From IMG/VR virus record IMGVR_UViG_3300025141_014429, positions 59,029-123,028 of that record: a stretch of DNA of 64,000 nt; one strand, written 5' to 3'. The notes under the pieces are model-generated. The model did no database searches. It was not told the DNA's origin and worked only from the letters and a program-made list of their open reading frames with translations. This stretch comes from a virus. The first letter of the stretch is position 1. Every line of letters begins with the position of its first letter. The translations under genes were made by a program, and so were the position numbers. Shown here one piece after another: positions 9,888 through 19,308 of the stretch.

Positions 9888-11053
9888 TAAAATTTAAAAG
9901 AAAAGTACTACTTAGGGCTCCTCTTTTAACAGTAAGTGGATACGGTGTTCACTGTAGACAAATATTTGATTATTTGTATAGTAGGAATGATCTAGATCTA
10001 ACTGTCCAAGTTCTTAACTGGGGATCAACTCCGTGGATTGTTGACAGACATTCTGAAGATGGACTAATTGGTAAGATAATGATGTGCTCAAAACCAATAA
10101 AAGAAAAATTTGATGTATCAGTGCAAGTCCAGCTTCCTGATGAATGGGATGAAAGTTTGGCTCATCACAACATAGGCGTATCTGCTTTTGTAGAGACTGA
10201 TATATGTAATCCCATGTGGTTAGATAAAGTCAATAAGATGAATGAGGTAATTGTACCATCAAATTTTGTTAAAGAAGTAGTTTTCAATACGGGAAATGTT
10301 AAAAAGAATATCGAAGTTATTCCTGAACACTATAATTACAATATTGATAAAAAGCAAAATAAAGAAAATTTTCATTTTGATAAGAAGTTTAATTTTCTAA
10401 TACTTGGACAATTAACAGGTGACAACCCTGATAATGATCGAAAAAACATAGAAAATATGATTAAGTGGTATTGCGAAGAATTCAAAGATAACAGAAACGT
10501 AAATTTAATACTTAAGACAAATTCTGGAAGATGTTCTTTGAATGATCGATCTAGAACAGTTACAAGAGTTAGTGAAATAGTTGATAGAAATAGAAAAGGT
10601 AAATATCCTACAATTGATGTATTACATGGTAATTTGACAAGCAAAGAAATTGCTAGTTTGTTTAAAAACAATAAAATAAAGTGTTTATTGAGTGCTACTA
10701 GGGGTGAAGGATACGGTCTTCCATTAGTAGATGCTGCAGCGTCTGCAATGCCTATTGTTGTACCTGCATACTCTGGTCACATGGAGTTTTTAGAAAAAGA
10801 AAATATTTGTAGTTTAAATTACAAAATGAGTCAAATTCCACCAAATAGAATTGATGCAAGAATCTTTATGAAAGATTCTAAGTGGGCAGAAGTCGATGGC
10901 GACGATTTCAAAAATAAAATTAGAGATGTTTTTGAAAATTATACAGCCTATAGAAAAAAAGCACAAAGAATGCAACAAAGAGTTAGAAATAATTTTTCTA
11001 GAGAATCAGTTTTTGAAAAATATGATCAATTTTTTGAGAAGTATCTTGGGTAG
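9884..11053 (+). CDS. Glycosyltransferase, GT-B fold (GT4-like)
   Basis: SGYG, RKNI, TRGEGYGLPLVDAAASAMPIV...SGHMEFL. Preferred start 9884 (ATGA overlap, GGGAG upstream) rather than track start 9866. Confidence 0.88.
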   Translation: MIKFKRKVLLRAPLLTVSGYGVHCRQIFDYLYSRNDLDLTVQVLNWGSTPWIVDRHSEDGLIGKIMMCSKPIKEKFDVSVQVQLPDEWDESLAHHNIGVSAFVETDICNPMWLDKVNKMNEVIVPSNFVKEVVFNTGNVKKNIEVIPEHYNYNIDKKQNKENFHFDKKFNFLILGQLTGDNPDNDRKNIENMIKWYCEEFKDNRNVNLILKTNSGRCSLNDRSRTVTRVSEIVDRNRKGKYPTIDVLHGNLTSKEIASLFKNNKIKCLLSATRGEGYGLPLVDAAASAMPIVVPAYSGHMEFLEKENICSLNYKMSQIPPNRIDARIFMKDSKWAEVDGDDFKNKIRDVFENYTAYRKKAQRMQQRVRNNFSRESVFEKYDQFFEKYLG

Positions 11054-11061
11054 ACATATAT

Positions 11062-11403
11062 ATGTATTTAGGTTTTTGGTTTTGGTTGTCTGTTGTTTTA
11101 GTCTTGTTATTAGTGACATCACTATTTTATCTTTGGAAATTTGCAAATATAGTTCTTGAAACACAAGATTCAGTTGAATCTTGTCTAGATATTTTAGACA
11201 ATAGATACCGTGCTATGTCAGAAATATTAGAAATACCTATTTTTTTTGACTCTATTGAAGTTAGAAGGTGTGTTGATGAAATTAAAAAATCCAGAGATTC
11301 AATACTTGTAGTTGCAAATATTTTAACTGGTCCTATGAAGCAAGATTTAGTAGAAGTTGATACAAAACAAATCACAGATAAGGACGATACAGATGGCAGC
11401 TAA
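11062..11403 (+). CDS. Hypothetical protein with N-terminal transmembrane helix
   Basis: Hydrophobic N-terminus MYLGFWFWLSVVLVLLLVTSLFYLW followed by a soluble helical region. Confidence 0.65.
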   Translation: MYLGFWFWLSVVLVLLLVTSLFYLWKFANIVLETQDSVESCLDILDNRYRAMSEILEIPIFFDSIEVRRCVDEIKKSRDSILVVANILTGPMKQDLVEVDTKQITDKDDTDGS

Positions 11404-12157
11404 AAGAACTAGAAATATTAAAGTTAAGAATAAGAATGAGACTAAACCGAAAAAGAAAAAGAAAAAACCTTATTTCGGAAAAGATGCTCATCAAGCAGTT
11501 GTAGATTATCAGAAATCAGACACAAGAGAAGAAAAAAATAGTATATATAACGAGAAAATTAAACCTTCTTTTGAAAAATTGGCAGAAAATTTAATTTTTA
11601 TACACGGCTTTGCTGCTAGCGACTATTCATTAGTTGAGATAATGAAAAATGATTGTGTATCTTTTTTATATGAAACACTAGAAAAATTTGACCCAACAAG
11701 GAAAACTAAAGCTTTTTCTTACTTTAATGTTGTTGCAAAAAACTGGTTAATAATACAAAGTAAGAAAAGAATAAAAAATAGAAATAGACATGTAAGCATG
11801 TCAAATATGAGTAACTTAAGTAAATCAGATAAATCAAGTATTGAAAATTATCAAATAATTCCTTCACAAGAAACTATAATGATAATGAAGCAAAATAGAG
11901 AAATGTTAGATGTTTTACTTGTAAAAATTAAAAATAGATTATCAAATCAAAATGAAATAGCATGTGTTAATGCAATTATTACGTTATTTGCTAAAATAGA
12001 AGATTTAGATTTTTTAAATAAAAGAGCAGTATTTGTTTATATGCGTGAACTTTCTAATTTAACACCAAAGCAACTTTCTGTTGCAATGTCAAACATAAGA
12101 AAACATTATAGGGAGATAGTTAAATCTAACGATGATTTCAATGTTTTTATAACGTAA
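11393..12157 (+). CDS. Phage sigma factor, T4 gp55-like (late transcription)
   Basis: LEKFDPTRKTKAFSYFNVVAKNWLI resembles the gp55/sigma region 2 FDP...F(A/S)YF segment. ATG 11393 follows AAGGA (track start 11357). Confidence 0.65.
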   Translation: MAAKRTRNIKVKNKNETKPKKKKKKPYFGKDAHQAVVDYQKSDTREEKNSIYNEKIKPSFEKLAENLIFIHGFAASDYSLVEIMKNDCVSFLYETLEKFDPTRKTKAFSYFNVVAKNWLIIQSKKRIKNRNRHVSMSNMSNLSKSDKSSIENYQIIPSQETIMIMKQNREMLDVLLVKIKNRLSNQNEIACVNAIITLFAKIEDLDFLNKRAVFVYMRELSNLTPKQLSVAMSNIRKHYREIVKSNDDFNVFIT

Positions 12158-12169
12158 TATGAGGTGCAC

Positions 12170-12532
12170 ATGTCTAAAAGTATTAAAGACGGAATAGAAA
12201 AAATAAGCAAAAAGAAAACAAAGATAGAACAGTTCTCAGATATTCTAGACGGTTTAACATCAACTGAAGATAAAAAGAAATTACTTTGGAAAGAAATATA
12301 TGAAAATGCATTAGAAGATAGAAGCAGTGCAAAAATTCTTTTTGAAGACTTGATGTTGCAATCTAGAGGGAATGCAGCAAATCATTCTATGTTTGGGTCA
12401 ATAATGTCAAAATACTTAGAGCGCATGTCTAAATGCAATGATCAGATTCTTAGATTAGCAGAATTAATAGCAAAAGAAGAAGACAAAAACCAGCTGTCTC
12501 CTGATGACATATTCAATCAGATAGAGGGGTAG
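12170..12532 (+). CDS. Hypothetical helical protein, possibly small terminase subunit
   Basis: About 120 aa, all-helical; ATG after GAGGTG. Small-terminase call is only a weak resemblance in size and helix pattern. Confidence 0.5.
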   Translation: MSKSIKDGIEKISKKKTKIEQFSDILDGLTSTEDKKKLLWKEIYENALEDRSSAKILFEDLMLQSRGNAANHSMFGSIMSKYLERMSKCNDQILRLAELIAKEEDKNQLSPDDIFNQIEG

Positions 12533-12535
12533 CGA

Positions 12536-14158
12536 ATGAGTGGCGGTCTTAAAATTAGAGATTTCCTATCAGGAAAAAGAGGATCTGATATAGCAGCAGC
12601 AGATTCAAGTAGCGAAAACACAAGAGACAGAATAACACAAATCGAGACTAGTTTCTTCAGTACTGTACTAGTTAAAGACGTCATTACTAATCCTGTAAAT
12701 TTTCTAAACAAAGAATATAAAGGGCTTAAGAATAGATTTGCTTTGAAGGAAAAGTCATCCGGCGTTGCACTTTCTGATTCGCAGCTAGTCAACTTAATTC
12801 CTAGAAATAGCATTATAGGCTACAATTTAAGTTCAGCAGATGCAATATCGGACAAAAGCCCAGAGCTGTTCTTTCCATTTTTTTCTGGACACTTGTCTTT
12901 ACCTCTAAAGCCTGGTGAATCTGTTTGGACAATAAGGGATCAAAATGGTAGAGGTTATTGGCTGAGTAGAAAAGTCTCATTTAGACAGGTTGAAGATTTA
13001 AATTATACAGTAGCTAGTAGGGAGTTGAATGTAGCAAGAAAAGATTCGATCGATCCGGATCAAAAAAACTTGACACAAGATGAAAATAATTATTTTAAAA
13101 ATTTAATTGCAACAATTCCTGATGAAGGAAATTCACCCATATCAGTCGATGATATGGTTGCAGAGTCTATAGCTTATAAAGAAGAATTTATTGGAGAACC
13201 GGTACCAAGTTATTCAAAAAAATGTGGTGACTTAGTCTTACAAGGTTCAAACAATACACTAATTAGTTTAGGAACAGATCGTTCTTTTAAAAAGGAAAAT
13301 AAGACAAGAATGGAGAAGCTTCACTCAAGAGTCTCAGAAACATTTAAAGCAGTAACTGATACATTTCTATCAGAAAATGACAATGTTCAGAACAAGGAAG
13401 CGAGTGATGGAGCATTCAAGTATTTCAAGCCAGAAATGGCTGGTTGTATTGAATTAGTAGCAGGTAGAGATATCGATAGATTGACACTTGATGATGTAAC
13501 AGTTAATGGTCGAAAAAAAAGGAATGCATTAAGTTTTTTTGAATTAAAAAAGTTTAAGTCACTTTTTAGTGATGAAAGCGAAGAAGATGAAAATGAAGGT
13601 GAATTCACATTACCACAAAACAATCCACTAGCAAGATTTTACGTAAGTATGAGGTCTATGCCTAATGATAATTATCCTAGCTTGATAAAACAAGAGTTGG
13701 GCGAAGACACTGATATCAAAAAATCAATAGAAGCCCATGAAGGATTAAGCGAAAGTGCAATTGTTGGAAGTGCCTATTCAATTAAAAGTTTTGCTAAAGG
13801 AAATTGTGAACTGCAGTCTGAAGCAGGTGGTTCAATGTTTATAAGTGATGGTGTTATTTTAGCTTCAAAAGGTGGAGCATACATACATCTCAAGCCTAGC
13901 GGTGACATATCAATAGTTCCAGGTAAAAACGGGATAATAAAACTTGGAGGGGAAGAAGCAAATCTAACTACGCTTTGTAGCGATGTAGCTTTAGATGGAT
14001 CAAATGTCGGACAAGAAAAAACTGTATTGGGTAAAATCATAGTTTCATCTGCAGCAGGTTTTGTTGGCGGTGATTCTTATTTAGATAAACAAACAAGCTC
14101 TCCACTTGCTAACCCACCACCAAATGGTAAATTTGCAACTAAGATTTTGTTAAAGTAG
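12536..14158 (+). CDS. Baseplate hub/spike protein, gp5/VgrG-like, no lysozyme domain recognised
   Basis: N-terminal OB-like segment (FFPFF..LPLKPGESVW), GDLVLQGSNN, C-terminal beta-helix-like GGAYIHLKPSGDISIVPG; lies upstream of gp25- and gp6-like genes. Confidence 0.5.
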   Translation: MSGGLKIRDFLSGKRGSDIAAADSSSENTRDRITQIETSFFSTVLVKDVITNPVNFLNKEYKGLKNRFALKEKSSGVALSDSQLVNLIPRNSIIGYNLSSADAISDKSPELFFPFFSGHLSLPLKPGESVWTIRDQNGRGYWLSRKVSFRQVEDLNYTVASRELNVARKDSIDPDQKNLTQDENNYFKNLIATIPDEGNSPISVDDMVAESIAYKEEFIGEPVPSYSKKCGDLVLQGSNNTLISLGTDRSFKKENKTRMEKLHSRVSETFKAVTDTFLSENDNVQNKEASDGAFKYFKPEMAGCIELVAGRDIDRLTLDDVTVNGRKKRNALSFFELKKFKSLFSDESEEDENEGEFTLPQNNPLARFYVSMRSMPNDNYPSLIKQELGEDTDIKKSIEAHEGLSESAIVGSAYSIKSFAKGNCELQSEAGGSMFISDGVILASKGGAYIHLKPSGDISIVPGKNGIIKLGGEEANLTTLCSDVALDGSNVGQEKTVLGKIIVSSAAGFVGGDSYLDKQTSSPLANPPPNGKFATKILLK

Positions 14159-14163
14159 GTAGT

Positions 14164-15309
14164 ATGGCATCTGACGGAATGTTTTTAGGAATCTTTGTTG
14201 ATGATGATGGAAATCCTCTGCCTGCAATAGAAGAGGATTTTACTAATATAACTGCCAGAAAATTTAAAGAAGATACATTTACATGTCTGGGTTTTAATGT
14301 TCTACCAGGTGTAACGAATAACAACGCTTCAGATTTTGCATCAGAATGCTTTAAACAACCTGATGAAACCATTGCAGACCATAAAAAAAGGATGTCTGGG
14401 TGGCATAACACATGGGGTAAACTATTAGGTGCTTTAATCACAACTTTTAATACACCCTCAGCAGAAATTATGAAAATTGCACCCCCAACAAAAGTATTTT
14501 GGGCAATTGGAGATCCTACTAAGTTTTTGACAGAAATATTAAATCCAATAAAAGCAAAAATAGAACCAATTATCGGAATGAGCATAAACGATTATTTACA
14601 GTCAAGATTAGCAGAAGTATTTGCCGGGTTAACAGACTTAGTCAAAGCTGTACTATTAATACCTACAGCAACAAAGAAGGGTTTTAATAAGCTTATAGAC
14701 TTCATACTAAGCCTGTTTCCTGACATGTCAAAAGAAATTATTAAAAAGATTAAGAAAGCTTTAAAAGAAGAAAAAGATAAGATTGTAGGAAAAGTAATAG
14801 CACTTTTAGCAGGAATACCATCGTTCCCAGATATTGTTTTGCCTAGTCTAGAAAATTTACTTGAGTATTTTGGTGTAGAAATAGATCTAGATATTGAGTT
14901 GACACTACCTAATTTAAGAGCTATGATTTATCCTGGAATTCCGGAATTGTCAGTCCCCCAAGGAATTTTGCTTATTTTCATGAAAATAATTTTATCATTT
15001 ATTGAGATAGTCACAGATCTCTTTACAAACTTATCTTCTTTTTTATTTGCTATAGGGGAGATGCTTCAACTAATATTGCAATTAAAATTTTTAGAAGCAA
15101 TAATGCTTATACTCCAGAAAATAATAGAATTTTTAATGGAAAAGATAATAAGTATTTCACCAGAAATAGTAGGATCATCATCTTTTTTATGTACACTAAT
15201 GGCTTTTCTAGAATTGGGGGCAAAGATATTTTGTATTACACTGCTTGGACATTTACTGGGGCCCGGTCTTGTTTTTCAAACAATGGCAAGTTTAGTTATG
15301 AGTATATAA
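14164..15309 (+). CDS. Hypothetical protein with long hydrophobic/amphipathic C-terminal half
   Basis: Ile/Leu/Phe-rich helices over roughly the last 130 aa; tightly packed between spike-like and gp25-like genes. Confidence 0.7.
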   Translation: MASDGMFLGIFVDDDGNPLPAIEEDFTNITARKFKEDTFTCLGFNVLPGVTNNNASDFASECFKQPDETIADHKKRMSGWHNTWGKLLGALITTFNTPSAEIMKIAPPTKVFWAIGDPTKFLTEILNPIKAKIEPIIGMSINDYLQSRLAEVFAGLTDLVKAVLLIPTATKKGFNKLIDFILSLFPDMSKEIIKKIKKALKEEKDKIVGKVIALLAGIPSFPDIVLPSLENLLEYFGVEIDLDIELTLPNLRAMIYPGIPELSVPQGILLIFMKIILSFIEIVTDLFTNLSSFLFAIGEMLQLILQLKFLEAIMLILQKIIEFLMEKIISISPEIVGSSSFLCTLMAFLELGAKIFCITLLGHLLGPGLVFQTMASLVMSI

Positions 15310-15337
15310 ATAAATTGCAACAAAATTAACATGAGTG

Positions 15338-15345
15338 ATATTTAT
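15338..15345 (+). promoter_or_regulatory. Putative late promoter ATAnWTAT
   Basis: ATATTTAT 22 nt upstream of the 15368 start. Confidence 0.45.
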
Positions 15346-15367
15346 TATAGATTAAATAGAGTAAATT

Positions 15368-15874
15368 ATGAGTACAACCACAAGAAGAACGATAAATTTT
15401 AAACATGTTGGGACAAGAATATCAGCAAGAAAGTTTGAAAAAACAACTCAACAACCTGTAATACCCATAGGGATAAAGACACCGCTTAGAATCGGTACAG
15501 GTAATTCAAATTTATTTGATATGAATTTTCAACCTGCAGATCAGATATCAGATAATTTAAAAAATTTGATAAAAACTAATTTTGGTGACAGAATAGGTAG
15601 GTATAATTATGGAGCAAATTTACAATCTTTGTCATTTGATTATGCAGATATTGGTAATTTTGAAAACAATGCATTGATCAATATAAGGGAAGCAGTTGAA
15701 AAAACAATGCCTATTGTAGAAATAGAAAATATTAGTGTTCTATCTCATTCTAAAAAAGAAAGTTCGGATCTTCCTGCAGGAATAGCACAAATCAACATAT
15801 CTATAACTTATAATGTTCCAAAAATCAAAATAATTGGCGCAAAATTAATAGCTGTAATTTATGCTGGAGGATAA
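15368..15874 (+). CDS. Baseplate wedge protein, gp25/GpW-like
   Basis: QISDNLKNLIKTNFGDRIGRYNYGANL (NL.T..GER....FG pattern) followed by AVEKTMP.VEIENI; upstream of gp6-like gene. Confidence 0.8.
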   Translation: MSTTTRRTINFKHVGTRISARKFEKTTQQPVIPIGIKTPLRIGTGNSNLFDMNFQPADQISDNLKNLIKTNFGDRIGRYNYGANLQSLSFDYADIGNFENNALINIREAVEKTMPIVEIENISVLSHSKKESSDLPAGIAQINISITYNVPKIKIIGAKLIAVIYAGG

Positions 15875-15878
15875 ATAA

Positions 15879-17726
15879 ATGCCTAAGAATATCAAAAAGA
15901 AGGTAAAACTAGCTACGAACGTATCTTATCTAAATAAGGATTTTGATAGTTTTAGACAGCAACTAGTAAACTACGCAGCAGCTAATTACAGTAATCAGAT
16001 TAATGACTTTACACAAGCTGGGTTGGGTGGATTGTTTGTTGACATGGCCGCATATGTAGGAGATTCATTATCTTTTTACTTAGATCATCAATTTAACGAA
16101 CTCAATCTTGAAACTGCAATTGAAGAAAAAAATATTGAGAGGTTAGTAAGATTAGCAGGTGTCAAATCTACGCCTAAAGCACCTTCTACTGCATATGTTG
16201 ATGTATCTGTTGTAATTCCTGCAAAACTTGTTAGTGGTGAATATCAACCGGATCCGGATCTTTTACCGGTTATAAAATCAGAAACAGTTTTTTCATCAAC
16301 GAATGGTACGAACTTTTATCTCTATGATGATATCGACTTCAGTATCAGAACAGATGATAATTTCTTAGATGCTATTGTAACAATTAATGGAACAGATTCA
16401 TCAGGAAATCCATCTTCTTTTTCATTGACAAAAGAGGGGGTCTGTTCTAGTGGTCAATTAATTAATGAAACCCATGTCGTTGGAGATTCATTTATTCCTT
16501 TTAGGGTAATAAGTCTTAGAAAAGCTGATGTTTCTGAAATTATTTTTGTTAAGGACTCTGATAATAATGAATATTTTGAAGTAGATAATTTAACGCAAGA
16601 CTTAATTTACAAGAGAGTTTTAAATAACTTTGATGATAAAAATTTAGTAAGGGAAAGAATTGAAATAACACCAGCTTCTCGTAGATTTGTAAAAGAATTT
16701 GATAGACAAACTGGGAAAACAGGCATTAGATTTGGAGGGGGTAGGGCAGATGTTTTTGATGATGACATAATACCTGATCCAAGTGAGTTTGCACTACCGC
16801 TCTATGGGGATAGAAAGACATTTAACAGTGTTACAATTGATCCAAATTCTTTTCTAGAAACACAGACACTAGGAATTGCTCCTAGAAATACTATAATTAC
16901 AGTTGCTTACAGGTCTGGTGGCGGTGTTATTCATAATGTACCCGCATCATCGATATCAGCAGTATCATCATTGTCAATGAATTTTAAAACAACTCCTTCA
17001 CCTGACAATATTGTTAAAATACGTGCTAGTACTTCTGTTAACAACCCGCTTCCAGCAGGAGGTGGAGAAGAAGAACCAACAATTGAAGAGCTTCGCCAAA
17101 TTGCAATTAATAACAAGAACTCCCAAAATAGAATAGTAACTAGACAAGATTTAATATCTAGAATCTACACTATTCCAAATAACTTTGGAAGAGTATTTCG
17201 TGCAGCTATTATTGATAATCCCAACAATCCATTAGCAGCAAGACTTTTTATTATTTCTAGAAATTCCCAGAAACAACTTATAATATCACCGGACACACTA
17301 AAAGACAATTTATCAACATACTTGAATCAATACAGATTAATATCAGAGGCTATTGATATATTAGACGCACCAATTGCAAACATGGCAATTAAATATTCTG
17401 TATCTGTTGAAAAAGGTTATAATGCACAATCTGTCATAAACGATATCAATGCCAGTCTTAAGGATTACTTTAAAGTAGAAAATTTTCAAATTAATCAACC
17501 TATAGTTATAGCTGATGTTTCAAATTTGATACTAAATACACCCGGGTCTTTATCTTTGATTGAACTAAAGTTTATAGGTATGAGTGGGACAATTAATCAA
17601 AGTGTATACTCAAATTATACATATGTACCTTCTGAAAACCTATCAAGAGGTATGTATTTCCCTCCTCCGGGAGGTATATTTGAAATCAAGTATCCCGGCG
17701 TAGATATTGTTGGGAGAGTAATATAA
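15879..17726 (+). CDS. Baseplate wedge protein, T4 gp6 / baseplate J-like
   Basis: YLNKDFDSF...DF..AGLGGLFVDMAAYVGDSLSFYLD, RFGGG, AGGGEEEPTIEELR...SQNRIVTRQD. Confidence 0.88.
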   Translation: MPKNIKKKVKLATNVSYLNKDFDSFRQQLVNYAAANYSNQINDFTQAGLGGLFVDMAAYVGDSLSFYLDHQFNELNLETAIEEKNIERLVRLAGVKSTPKAPSTAYVDVSVVIPAKLVSGEYQPDPDLLPVIKSETVFSSTNGTNFYLYDDIDFSIRTDDNFLDAIVTINGTDSSGNPSSFSLTKEGVCSSGQLINETHVVGDSFIPFRVISLRKADVSEIIFVKDSDNNEYFEVDNLTQDLIYKRVLNNFDDKNLVRERIEITPASRRFVKEFDRQTGKTGIRFGGGRADVFDDDIIPDPSEFALPLYGDRKTFNSVTIDPNSFLETQTLGIAPRNTIITVAYRSGGGVIHNVPASSISAVSSLSMNFKTTPSPDNIVKIRASTSVNNPLPAGGGEEEPTIEELRQIAINNKNSQNRIVTRQDLISRIYTIPNNFGRVFRAAIIDNPNNPLAARLFIISRNSQKQLIISPDTLKDNLSTYLNQYRLISEAIDILDAPIANMAIKYSVSVEKGYNAQSVINDINASLKDYFKVENFQINQPIVIADVSNLILNTPGSLSLIELKFIGMSGTINQSVYSNYTYVPSENLSRGMYFPPPGGIFEIKYPGVDIVGRVI

Positions 17727-19300
17727 TGTATAGAATATTATCTGCAAGTAAAGATGCATATATCACAAATAAGGTTATAAATAATATTTTTACTGCATCT
17801 GATGCAAATACGGGTCAAGCAGGAACAATAGACTTATTTAAGCTTTACAATGAAAGTAAACTCTCGGGCTCATCTAATGTTATTGAATTGTCTAGAGCAC
17901 TTGTTAAGTTTGATCTAGATCCTTTACGACAACAAATGAAAAAAGATTTAAATATCAATGATTCCAGCTTTAATTGTCAAATTAAACTTCACGATGTTTA
18001 CGGAGGTCAGACCACGCCTAGCAACTTTTCATTAATTGCTTTTCCTCTCGCAATACCTTTCAATGAAGGAACAGGTAGAGATATAGTAAGATACTCAGAT
18101 TTGGGAGCAACTAATTACATAACAGCATCATTTTTTAGTAGTAACGGATTAGCTGTAAAATGGAATTTAGCAGGCGCCATGAAATCCGGATCAAAAGGAG
18201 AGTCAAACATAGACGTGATAGTTAGCGGCAATCTAGATGATGGTGTAGGAGTGCAAGCTTTGTGTGCTGAACAATATTTCAAAACAGGAGAAGAAGATTT
18301 AGTTATAGATGTTACAACAGCAGTTTCTGGAATGTTGTCAAATCAATTATCTGATTATGGCTTTCTAATTGGTTTAAGCGGATCTTATGAGAAAGATAAT
18401 AAAACTTATTTTGTCAAAAGATTTGCATCTCGTAATGCTTCTGATCGATCAAAACATCCAAAAATGATTGTAAGGTATGATGATGCAATAATTGATGATA
18501 GACAAAATTTTATATTCAGTTCTTCAGGTTCTTTGTTTCTTAATAATTACAATCAAGGAAAGCCGGCAAATCTTATAGACTCTAGTGGGACAGAAATTAA
18601 AGGACACAATTGCTTAAAGTTGACTATAAAAACTGGAAGTTATACTCAAACAGTTAATGCATCGCAGTTTTCTTACAGCAGCTCAGAACCTTTCTTGACA
18701 GGAGTATACTCAGCTTCATTTGCAGTCTCTGAGTACAATTCTGTATTAAGACCTTTTGTTTTAGCATCGTCAAGTGTTACTTTTACTGAAACTTGGCATA
18801 GGAATGATGGAAGTCATGGTTTTTTAACTAGTTCTTTTACTATTAGTGCTAATGACAGAATAACATTTTTTAACGGAACTAACAGAATATTAGCAACTAT
18901 AACAAATTTAAAACCAAATTATTTTAATAACGAAGTAGTCAGGCTAAGAGTTTATGCTGAAGATAGAGATCGCCCAATAAAGGCACTTAAACTCCCGTAT
19001 TACAATCCGAGTAACATATACAAGGAGATGTATTATCAAATTATTGACTTTGATTCAAAAGAAATAATAATTCCTTTTGATACAGCAAATAACTCTACAA
19101 AAATGTCTACAGACTCTCAAGGAATGTTTTTCAATTTGCATATTGAATCGTTACCTCCTGGGAGGATTTATCAGTTTCAATTTTTGATAAATGATAAAGA
19201 TAGTAATCAAATATTAGAAAATGTTGCAGGAAAATTTAAAGTAGAACATAAATATGATCCAAAGCATGATTTAATTGATGATGACAGTCTGTCATCTTAG
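17726..19300 (+). CDS. Virion structural protein with DNRLRE/CBM96-like N-terminal domain
   Basis: ASKDAYIT...SRALVKFDL...CQIKLH pattern; TAATG coupling to the gp6-like gene. Confidence 0.5.
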   Translation: MYRILSASKDAYITNKVINNIFTASDANTGQAGTIDLFKLYNESKLSGSSNVIELSRALVKFDLDPLRQQMKKDLNINDSSFNCQIKLHDVYGGQTTPSNFSLIAFPLAIPFNEGTGRDIVRYSDLGATNYITASFFSSNGLAVKWNLAGAMKSGSKGESNIDVIVSGNLDDGVGVQALCAEQYFKTGEEDLVIDVTTAVSGMLSNQLSDYGFLIGLSGSYEKDNKTYFVKRFASRNASDRSKHPKMIVRYDDAIIDDRQNFIFSSSGSLFLNNYNQGKPANLIDSSGTEIKGHNCLKLTIKTGSYTQTVNASQFSYSSSEPFLTGVYSASFAVSEYNSVLRPFVLASSSVTFTETWHRNDGSHGFLTSSFTISANDRITFFNGTNRILATITNLKPNYFNNEVVRLRVYAEDRDRPIKALKLPYYNPSNIYKEMYYQIIDFDSKEIIIPFDTANNSTKMSTDSQGMFFNLHIESLPPGRIYQFQFLINDKDSNQILENVAGKFKVEHKYDPKHDLIDDDSLSS

Positions 19301-19308
19301 GAATCACA

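Noticed and set aside
1-11053. Sugar cluster as a bacterial LPS/capsule locus flanking a prophage, or a chimeric join
   Set aside because: Same strand, composition and tight packing as the phage genes; no wzx/wzy/ABC exporter, integrase or att-like boundary seen. Read-level confirmation was not possible.
15305-15312. Exact T4 late promoter TATAAATA
   Set aside because: It overlaps the upstream stop codon, and exact copies are missing from the other structural operon starts; ATAnWTAT fits the set better.
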